IMG/VR virus record: IMGVR_UViG_3300047498_000007
Coordinates: 1-62,890 of that record
Length of the DNA: 62,890 bases
Direction: 5' to 3' (one strand)
Source of the DNA: a virus
Shown: positions 56,309-62,421 of the stretch, one piece after another
How the letters are laid out: each line of letters starts with the position of its first letter
Position numbering within the stretch: position 1 is the stretch's first letter
The notes under the pieces: model-generated
Databases searched by the model: none
What the model was told of the DNA's origin: nothing
What the model saw: only the letters and a program-made list of their open reading frames with translations
Translations under genes and position numbers: made by a program

Positions 56309-56374
56309 TAGAAAGAATGAATTTATATATGAAATATATATATTTACTATCTAGTTTATTTCATTCTTTCTACA
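56309..56374. promoter_or_regulatory. perfect 14-bp inverted repeat flanking a 38-bp AT/TA-rich spacer in the divergent control region
   Basis: GTAGAAAGAATGAA (56309..56322) pairs with TTCATTCTTTCTAC (56361..56374). Further copies of the 9-mer core lie at 56222..56230 and 56571..56579. Confidence 0.6.
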
Positions 56375-56595
56375 GACTTCTACAACAGCCACGCAATAAG
56401 TCAGATTTTCATCAAAATAAATCTAATCAGCAAGCAATAACAATGAATTATAATCTTTCAATACTTCCTTCATGTACTTTTATAGAAAGAAGTCAGGACA
56501 TTAACAAACATATTATTTCTTTCAACTAATAATAAATGAATTAATTATTGACACGATGACAAATAAAGATCATTCTTTCTTTCTATTTCAAAATA

Positions 56596-57192
56596 ATGAA
56601 AGGATTAATTATGCTAGAAAACGAATGGATCACAGATTTATATGATATCGCTGAAGCACGACAAATGCAGATCAGTGCATTTTTACCCCAACTTGGCGGT
56701 GTCTCTACCGAGATGTTGGACGTATGGCTAAATGAAGAAATGATAATCCCAATAGAACTGCTGAATTTAATAGGAGCTCTTGCCAATGAGGACAGAGCAA
56801 AATTAAGAGGCGTTGAACAAGAGATAGAGCAATCGTCACGCAGAAGAGCAAATTTTGTTCGAGCATGGATTAATCGTAAAGAAGCGATTTTTGATGAAGT
56901 TAATGAATATATAATGAACCATCCAAAGAAGCGTGATTTAAAGCCCGAAAAGCCATCCAAAGGCCCTTCTCTAGAAATCAAAGCTGGAAGAGTTTTTGAA
57001 TGGTTATCGCGCAAAGAAAAGGGCGCTACTAAATCGGACCTATTACGCGCATTCCAAGGATTAAAAACCAAAGGAATTATGGAGGTTTTGGGATTGCTTA
57101 TAAACGAGAACAAAATCACAGAAGAAAAACAAGAGACATTAGGCCAATTAGGTAGACCATCCATAATTTATAAGGTGATAAAAACGCAATAA
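56596..57192 (+). CDS. putative DNA-binding early protein (198 aa)
   Basis: First gene of the rightward block. The N-terminal region is HTH-like and the C-terminal region is winged-helix-like (ATKSDLLRAFQGLKTKGIMEVLGLLINENKI). An alternative start is at 56611. Confidence 0.55.
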   Translation: MKGLIMLENEWITDLYDIAEARQMQISAFLPQLGGVSTEMLDVWLNEEMIIPIELLNLIGALANEDRAKLRGVEQEIEQSSRRRANFVRAWINRKEAIFDEVNEYIMNHPKKRDLKPEKPSKGPSLEIKAGRVFEWLSRKEKGATKSDLLRAFQGLKTKGIMEVLGLLINENKITEEKQETLGQLGRPSIIYKVIKTQ

Positions 57193-57297
57193 TATTGCTC
57201 AATATCATTTCAACAAATCATTTGACAGTACTAGTATATTATGCCACGATGCAAATCATCAAGTTAAGGCAACCCTCCAGAATAAGGAAAAGAGCCG

Positions 57298-57480
57298 ATG
57301 AACATTAGAAATCCTCAAGCAGTATTTGCCCAAGCGATTAAGCAGGGCATACTTTCCGAAAACTCCGAAGACGACAACTATGCCGCCGATTGGATGTATA
57401 TGGGCGACGATACAGACGGCAAGGCAATGTTTAAAAACATCGTAAGCCGTGGTTATGTCAAAGCCGAGGTGTCGCTATGA
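57298..57480 (+). CDS. hypothetical protein (60 aa)
   Basis: ORF with AAGGAAAAGAG upstream of the start. Confidence 0.5.
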   Translation: MNIRNPQAVFAQAIKQGILSENSEDDNYAADWMYMGDDTDGKAMFKNIVSRGYVKAEVSL

Positions 57481-57632
57481 CCCGCAATCTATTGGCTTAT
57501 GCCGAGCAATGTGCTGATGAACGTTTAGCCCTGCAATTGAGCGACGATGTTCTATCTTATGCAGAATTGGAAGATGAACTTGACGAAGTGGAATTGAAAT
57601 TTATCAGAGAAGGGGGAATAGATTATGAGTAA
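57477..57632 (+). CDS. small acidic protein (51 aa), below the ORF-track cutoff
   Basis: Translated by hand: MTRNLLAYAEQCADERLALQLSDDVLSYAELEDELDEVELKFIREGGIDYE. ATGA overlap with the upstream gene. Confidence 0.45.
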   Translation: MTRNLLAYAEQCADERLALQLSDDVLSYAELEDELDEVELKFIREGGIDYE

Positions 57633-57963
57633 CGATAAAACATATAACGGCTGGACTAACCGCGAAACTTGGCTAACAGCCTTATGGATTGATAACGATT
57701 ATGGCCTGTATTCTTGCGTAACCGAGCAAGCAAGAGAATTGGCTGAAGATGCTGAATTAGAGGAAGAAGCCACAAGCGAAGACTATCTAATGACAATAAC
57801 TGGAAAGCTTGGATCGTTCATAAAAGATTTAATTGAAGAAATGCAACCTGAAGTCACCGGCCTATTTGCTGATTTGATCAATGGTGCATTGGCAGAAGTT
57901 GAGTACTACGAAATAGCTTCGCATTTTATTCAAACTGAAATTGAGAATAGAAAGGCAGCATAA
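57625..57963 (+). CDS. hypothetical acidic protein (112 aa)
   Basis: The N-terminal YNGWTNRETWLTALWIDNDYGLY looks like a conserved phage/plasmid motif, but I cannot name it. Confidence 0.6.
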   Translation: MSNDKTYNGWTNRETWLTALWIDNDYGLYSCVTEQARELAEDAELEEEATSEDYLMTITGKLGSFIKDLIEEMQPEVTGLFADLINGALAEVEYYEIASHFIQTEIENRKAA

Positions 57964-57965
57964 CC

Positions 57966-58106
57966 ATGACCTACGCACAATTTATAGATGAGTGTAGCAA
58001 GCGGACGATTTACAAAAGCGTTGCGGTAGAGAACGAGAAAATACAGGCGGCCTTACGTGCGCGGGATGACGAGGAAGTCCGGCGCTTGCTTGATACGGAG
58101 TTTTAA
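57966..58106 (+). CDS. small protein (46 aa)
   Basis: Translated by hand: MTYAQFIDECSKRTIYKSVAVENEKIQAALRARDDEEVRRLLDTEF. Confidence 0.35.
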   Translation: MTYAQFIDECSKRTIYKSVAVENEKIQAALRARDDEEVRRLLDTEF

Positions 58107-58145
58107 CCATTAACAAAAGGAATACGCCATAAGGAGCTATGCATC

Positions 58146-58313
58146 ATGTTTCATGACCTTAACACCATCGTTAAAAAATCACAAGACGAAGCCCACCTGA
58201 CTAACTTAAGCGAATTCATGCGTCTGACTGATTTAGTCTTAGAAAGAAACCTAGATCAAACCGAATTGCGTTCGCTCAATAAACTCATGTGTGAATTTGT
58301 GCGGGGATCATGA
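58146..58313 (+). CDS. small protein (55 aa)
   Basis: Translated by hand: MFHDLNTIVKKSQDEAHLTNLSEFMRLTDLVLERNLDQTELRSLNKLMCEFVRGS. Confidence 0.35.
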   Translation: MFHDLNTIVKKSQDEAHLTNLSEFMRLTDLVLERNLDQTELRSLNKLMCEFVRGS

Positions 58314-58438
58314 AATTCCACCTTTACTTAAACAATAAATTCTATGACTCATTCCCAACCATGGAAGACTTGCAAATGTGTTTGAAGGTCATAAGACAAA
58401 CTTTCATTCCAGACAGTGTGAGGATCGATTATGTATAA
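58310..58438 (+). CDS. small protein (42 aa)
   Basis: ATGA overlap with the upstream gene. It begins MKFHLYLNNKFYDSFPTMEDLQMCLKVIRQTF. Confidence 0.3.
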   Translation: MKFHLYLNNKFYDSFPTMEDLQMCLKVIRQTFIPDSVRIDYV

Positions 58439-58649
58439 ATCTTGCATGAAAACTATATGGGGAATCATTGTCGCATTAATTCTATGCATTGGCATTGATA
58501 CGTATGATCGAACACATACACCCATTGTTATAGAACATATCAGCGCCTCTCAACAATGTACGCCCGGAACTCTGCAGATGAGAATTACCGAATTAACCGA
58601 ACATCCAACGGCATTAAGAATGCCACTCAAGAAAGGTAGAAAATCATGA
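58431..58649 (+). CDS. small membrane protein (72 aa)
   Basis: TM helix TIWGIIVALILCIGI. Confidence 0.5.
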   Translation: MYKSCMKTIWGIIVALILCIGIDTYDRTHTPIVIEHISASQQCTPGTLQMRITELTEHPTALRMPLKKGRKS

Positions 58650-58891
58650 CAGCCATAGCCAAAATCAATGTCACAACCTTCCAAGACGATAAGTTAGGGG
58701 CCTTTCGTGCGCGTGTGAAAATACAAACTCAAGACATTGCATATAGTATCGAAACGGAAGCCATGAGAAACAACCATATGAGCGCCATTCAAGACGGCAT
58801 GGACGAAGCCCAACAACTGGCAGACCGTAACGAAATGTTATTCATTCCAACCCATACCAATGCGGGGGAAATCCATGATCCCACAATCTGA
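58646..58891 (+). CDS. hypothetical protein (81 aa)
   Basis: ATGA overlap with the upstream gene. Confidence 0.55.
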   Translation: MTAIAKINVTTFQDDKLGAFRARVKIQTQDIAYSIETEAMRNNHMSAIQDGMDEAQQLADRNEMLFIPTHTNAGEIHDPTI

Positions 58892-59177
58892 ATTTTCATT
58901 AGGTCAACTCGTTATTGGTTCTTGGGACTGCCGAGGCAATAGCATGGGCATTGTTAAAGCCAAAGTATGGACCTCAATGAACCAATGGCGATATCAAATA
59001 GAGAAACGGAATGGTGATTTATATATGGAAAGCGAATCATTACTCCAACCCATGAGGTTCACAGGACGCAATAGAATATTTCTCATTGTTAACAACGAAG
59101 GAAAACATCATGCAAACAGGAAACGAAGTAGCAGATCATATCGAGAAACTGCAAAAGATGGTGGAACTACTTTATGA
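58875..59177 (+). CDS. hypothetical protein (100 aa; the ORF is open from 58860)
   Basis: ATG 58875 is preceded by GGGGGA. Confidence 0.45.
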   Translation: MIPQSEFSLGQLVIGSWDCRGNSMGIVKAKVWTSMNQWRYQIEKRNGDLYMESESLLQPMRFTGRNRIFLIVNNEGKHHANRKRSSRSYRETAKDGGTTL

Positions 59178-59274
59178 GGCTCACACAATTATTATAACAG
59201 GAAGGGGAACAATCGACCCTTACATGATATCCGAGGAAGCTTTAAGAAACTTTTTAAAACTAGGTGCAAAATGA
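59110..59274 (+). CDS. hypothetical protein (54 aa; the ORF is open from 59086)
   Basis: ATG 59110 is preceded by GAAGGAAAA. It overlaps the previous ORF by 68 nt, so one of the two may be shorter or false. Confidence 0.4.
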   Translation: MQTGNEVADHIEKLQKMVELLYEAHTIIITGRGTIDPYMISEEALRNFLKLGAK

Positions 59275-59447
59275 AAGATGCTTTAACAAATCTCAGCGCC
59301 GTAACTTTAGCCCGTTACGAAGAAATGAATACCCCACCTTACCCAGGGCAAGAAGCTGTATTGAAAGCATGTGAATTGTTTTTAGCGGTAGCAGTTAGGG
59401 AAGCCGCAAGAATTCCAGATTATTTATTACTTAAACAAAATGATTGA
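59271..59447 (+). CDS. small protein (58 aa), below the ORF-track cutoff
   Basis: ATGA overlap with the upstream gene. It begins MKDALTNLSAVTLARYEEMNTPPYPGQEAVLKACELFLAVAVREAARIPDYLLLKQND. Confidence 0.4.
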   Translation: MKDALTNLSAVTLARYEEMNTPPYPGQEAVLKACELFLAVAVREAARIPDYLLLKQND

Positions 59448-59473
59448 CAAGTATGGTATATGATGCCTATGGT
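59444..59473 (+). promoter_or_regulatory. promoter candidate TTGACA-N18-TATGGT with direct repeat TATGGTATA x2
   Basis: TTGACA lies at 59444..59449 and TATGGT at 59468..59473. TATGGTATA occurs at 59452..59460 and 59468..59476. It lies upstream of the XRE-type gene. Confidence 0.35.
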
Positions 59474-59493
59474 ATAATAGAAAGGAAATTATT

Positions 59494-59664
59494 ATGACAG
59501 CAGAAGAACTAAAAAAATGGCGTAACCGAAAGAAACTAACACAACAAAGCGCAGCCGATCATTTTGGTATCAGCGTAGAAACATGGAGGAAATGGGAGCA
59601 AGGCGTTAATCCTATTTCTGGATTATTGGAAATGAATCTTAAATCTTATAAGAGGAAGAGATGA
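59494..59664 (+). CDS. XRE-family HTH regulator (56 aa), below the ORF-track cutoff
   Basis: Translated by hand: MTAEELKKWRNRKKLTQQSAADHFGISVETWRKWEQGVNPISGLLEMNLKSYKRKR. AAGGAAA SD. Confidence 0.65.
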   Translation: MTAEELKKWRNRKKLTQQSAADHFGISVETWRKWEQGVNPISGLLEMNLKSYKRKR

Positions 59665-59732
59665 ACACAATCGACATTATAAGCCTTGGAATATTAACCG
59701 CTGCGATATGTGCAATTTTACAGATAGGATAA
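59661..59732 (+). CDS. 23-aa hydrophobic micro-ORF
   Basis: MNTIDIISLGILTAAICAILQIG. ATGA overlap with the XRE gene stop. Confidence 0.25.
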   Translation: MNTIDIISLGILTAAICAILQIG

Positions 59733-59735
59733 ATA

Positions 59736-59858
59736 ATGAACCACCGTGACCGCGTAATTAGACAACATAAAGAGACTCGCGGACAACTAATTGTTGATTT
59801 TGTTTGTGTTGTCTTAGTAACGGCATTAATTTTTGCAACTTTCTGTAGTCATTTATGA
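59736..59858 (+). CDS. 40-aa single-TM micro-ORF
   Basis: MNHRDRVIRQHKETRGQLIVDFVCVVLVTALIFATFCSHL. Confidence 0.3.
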   Translation: MNHRDRVIRQHKETRGQLIVDFVCVVLVTALIFATFCSHL

Positions 59859-59977
59859 ACACTCAACTCGAATTACCAATGGAAGAAAAATCAGTGGATA
59901 AAAAATAAAGCATTATTTTACGGGGTGGGCCGTGATGCTGTGACTAGAGCAATATCTAAACAATCGTGGAGGACAGT

Positions 59978-60859
59978 ATGACTTTCGACTTCAACAAGAT
60001 TTCCAATTTTCATTTAGCATCTGGATCGCACGACCAGCCTAATGAAAGAGGTGATATTTGCGTAAATGAAGCGGCAATAGTCGCGGCCGGTTTTAAGTAT
60101 AAGAAAGTTGAATCAGCAAGTGATTGTCCACCATGCTTTTCTCGTCCGATAGCTGCTTATGCAATTAGGTTGAATGACAGTATGCCTGATGATTTGAGGC
60201 AAGAATTGCTCATGCCGTTTGTTATGCGTCTGTCAGGAACGGCTGATACAAAAGAGAATGAGATAAAACGCGCTCAGTTCATGGCCCTAGAAAATTGTTG
60301 TCGCATCATGTCAGAAATGTGTATCGATGCTTTAAAGCTCCCTGATCTGGCTCAAGAATGCCGTGACGTTAAAACTCTCAAAGAAGCCGAAGATATTTGC
60401 AGAAATAAAGTAAGAAAAGCTGCTTATGCTGCTGCTGCTTATGCTGCTGCTGCTGCTGCTTATGCTGCTAATGCTGCTGCTGATGCTGATGCTGATGCTG
60501 CTGATGCTGCTGCTGCTTATGCTGCTGCTACTGCTGCTTATGCTGATGCTGCTTATGCTGCTGCTGCTTATGCTGCTAATGCTGCTGCTGATGCTGATGC
60601 TGCTGATGCTGATGCTGCTGATGCTGATGCTGCTAATGCTGATGCTGCTAATGCTGATGCTGCTTATGCTGCTTATGCTGCTGCTTATGCTGCTGATGCT
60701 GCTTATGCTGCTTATGCTGCTGATGCAAAAAGAAAGTACTTCACGATTGCCACACAGATATTGTATGAGGCTATCCTGATGGGAAACCATACGGAATTAG
60801 ATGTTTATGAGATTGTGCCAAGGCTTGAGCAAGCTAAGAAACAGAAGGTTTCAGCGTAA
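59978..60859 (+). CDS. protein with a Cys-containing N-domain and a 102-residue Ala/Asp/Tyr/Asn tract (293 aa; the ORF is open from 59966)
   Basis: ATG 59978 is preceded by GGAGGA. Complex sequence flanks the tract on both sides, and the frame is consistent with neighbouring plus-strand genes. Confidence 0.65.
   Translation: MTFDFNKISNFHLASGSHDQPNERGDICVNEAAIVAAGFKYKKVESASDCPPCFSRPIAAYAIRLNDSMPDDLRQELLMPFVMRLSGTADTKENEIKRAQFMALENCCRIMSEMCIDALKLPDLAQECRDVKTLKEAEDICRNKVRKAAYAAAAYAAAAAAYAANAAADADADAADAAAAYAAATAAYADAAYAAAAYAANAAADADAADADAADADAANADAANADAAYAAYAAAYAADAAYAAYAADAKRKYFTIATQILYEAILMGNHTELDVYEIVPRLEQAKKQKVSA
60419..60724 (+). repeat. GCT-based trinucleotide tract (70 GCT + 32 TAT/GAT/AAT/ACT codons)
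   Basis: Read directly from the sequence. Every Ala in the tract is GCT, and the interspersed codons are single-nt neighbours of each other. Confidence 0.95.
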
Positions 60860-60883
60860 CACCGAATAGCGAGGTATCATTAG

Positions 60884-61180
60884 ATGACCGATAAACTCGA
60901 TGAGATGGCGAAAATTACAGCAATGAAAGTTGCCATACGCCTGGAAATTACACCTCTTTATTGGAGAAATGACAAAGAGATTGATGGGGTTATCAAACAA
61001 TCCCTGCAAGCCGCTTATGATCTAGCGATTGAGAAGGCTGCTGAGATTTGTGAGGAATATCTAAAAGTAAATCATGGGCATTTATCATTAGACCCGCATA
61101 CGGTTCTGAAAGAGACGGTACAAGAAATTGCTTCTGCAATAAATTTCCTCAAAACATCCACCAAGAAAGACCCATCATAA
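60884..61180 (+). CDS. hypothetical protein (98 aa)
   Basis: ORF with GAGG upstream of the start. Confidence 0.55.
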   Translation: MTDKLDEMAKITAMKVAIRLEITPLYWRNDKEIDGVIKQSLQAAYDLAIEKAAEICEEYLKVNHGHLSLDPHTVLKETVQEIASAINFLKTSTKKDPS

Positions 61181-61196
61181 CCGAGGAGAATAAGAT

Positions 61197-61688
61197 ATGA
61201 AATTTGAAATCAAATCACGCTTTACTTCTAAAGTTTTGTTTACGGCAGAGCTTGAAGCAAAATTCGAGAGCGAACCAACGAATATACAAATGGGCGCGGC
61301 TGCTATAGCCGCTTACCTCAGTGGCGCTGACCTGCGTGGCGCTGACCTCCGTGACGCTGACCTCAGTGGCGCTAACCTCAGTGACGCTGACCTGGGAGGA
61401 GTTCCTGCGATAAAGGACATCCACAAGGTCGTCTATGAAGCAGCGTCAAAGGTAAACGCCCTAAATATGGAAACTTGGCATACTTGCGAAACGACGCATT
61501 GCCGAGCTGGATGGGCTGTAACGCTTGCGGGCGAGGCCGGAAAAGCAATGGAGTTTTGTTTAGGGACAGCGGCGGCGGCGGCTTTGATATATCTCAAGAG
61601 TGACCCAAAATTAAAGAAAATGCCGGATTTTTACGCCGACAATGAAACCGCTTTGGCTGATATGAAGAATTTGGCAGAGGCGTCATGA
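61197..61688 (+). CDS. pentapeptide-repeat protein (163 aa)
   Basis: There are six A(D/N)LXX units (AAYLS GADLR GADLR DADLS GANLS DADLG) at nt 61308..61397. A C-terminal domain carries CxxxHC. GAGGAGAA SD. Confidence 0.8.
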   Translation: MKFEIKSRFTSKVLFTAELEAKFESEPTNIQMGAAAIAAYLSGADLRGADLRDADLSGANLSDADLGGVPAIKDIHKVVYEAASKVNALNMETWHTCETTHCRAGWAVTLAGEAGKAMEFCLGTAAAAALIYLKSDPKLKKMPDFYADNETALADMKNLAEAS

Positions 61689-62152
61689 CCCAATCGAACC
61701 AGGAATTGATTGAGAAACTAAAGGCGTGTGTTGACTTCTCTCACAACATCGCCCCATCCGATTATGGGGATGAACATTTTGAAGCCCTCAAAGAACTTGC
61801 GAGGCGCGTGGTATGGCAATTGGTGGACGAGAATACCCCACAAGCAGAAGATGTTCTGGTCTGCAAAAATAATGGCTTGGGTGAAATCACAATAGCCAGT
61901 ACCCCCGACGGGGTTCGGTGGCTGAAAAACCTATACGAAATTATACCGCCAACCCACTGGATGCCACTTCCTTTTGCCCCACCTAATCATGAATGTGTAG
62001 GCTCACATGGTGTTTCCAGTGCTGAATTATTCAAGGCTCTCGGAAGCAAAGATCCTGAAAAAGACGAACGCGGTTTGAACGCTGTGATACGAAGAATGGA
62101 CATGAAAGTCGTGGACGCCCCACCCAATCCAGACGCTAAAAAGGAGGAATGA
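61685..62152 (+). CDS. DUF551-like protein (155 aa)
   Basis: The internal PPTHWMPLPFAPP signature matches that of the 54815..55138 product. Confidence 0.6.
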   Translation: MTQSNQELIEKLKACVDFSHNIAPSDYGDEHFEALKELARRVVWQLVDENTPQAEDVLVCKNNGLGEITIASTPDGVRWLKNLYEIIPPTHWMPLPFAPPNHECVGSHGVSSAELFKALGSKDPEKDERGLNAVIRRMDMKVVDAPPNPDAKKEE

Positions 62153-62421
62153 GGATGAGTGATTTAAAAAGCAATATCGAAAGACTACTTCGCAGAGAAT
62201 GGGGTGATACATCATACTCTTATTTTGCTGCGTTGCTCGCCGGGGAGGATAGCGCGAAAAATGCATTGGAAGATATTTTGTCTTTTGAATTAGAGTTTAA
62301 AATGGATGGAAATATGTGGTGCTGTCATGCCCATGATTTTATTAATTTACAGGAAAGCAATGCAGGGTTTGGTGAAAGCAAAAGAGAAGCCGCATCGGAC
62401 TATTACAGTCGATTAGATTAA
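62149..62421 (+). CDS. hypothetical protein (90 aa)
   Basis: ATGA overlap with the upstream gene. The stop abuts the start of the terminal repeat. Confidence 0.55.
   Translation: MRMSDLKSNIERLLRREWGDTSYSYFAALLAGEDSAKNALEDILSFELEFKMDGNMWCCHAHDFINLQESNAGFGESKREAASDYYSRLD

Noticed and set aside
56293-56529. 78-aa ORF in the divergent intergenic region.
   Set aside because: It is AT-rich with a low-complexity translation and spans the 14-bp inverted repeat and the TA tract. It is more likely regulatory or origin DNA.
56583-57164. 193-aa antisense ORF opposite the 198-aa early gene.
   Set aside because: It mirrors the plus-strand ORF almost end to end, has a Ser/Ile/Phe-rich low-information composition and has no SD. 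The plus-strand product has recognisable HTH/wHTH-like segments and heads the rightward operon.
59444-59478. Canonical sigma70 promoter TTGACA...TATAAT upstream of the XRE-type gene.
   Set aside because: The perfect hexamers are 23 nt apart, which is too far. I report only the weaker TTGACA-N18-TATGGT option, at low confidence.
60332-60790. Antisense Ser/Ile-repeat ORF (60332..60790) and plus-strand Leu/Met-repeat ORF (60426..60779) across the GCT tract.
   Set aside because: These are the same artefact of a stop-free trinucleotide tract. Only the Ala frame is continuous with complex N- and C-terminal sequence and has a proper SD and ATG.
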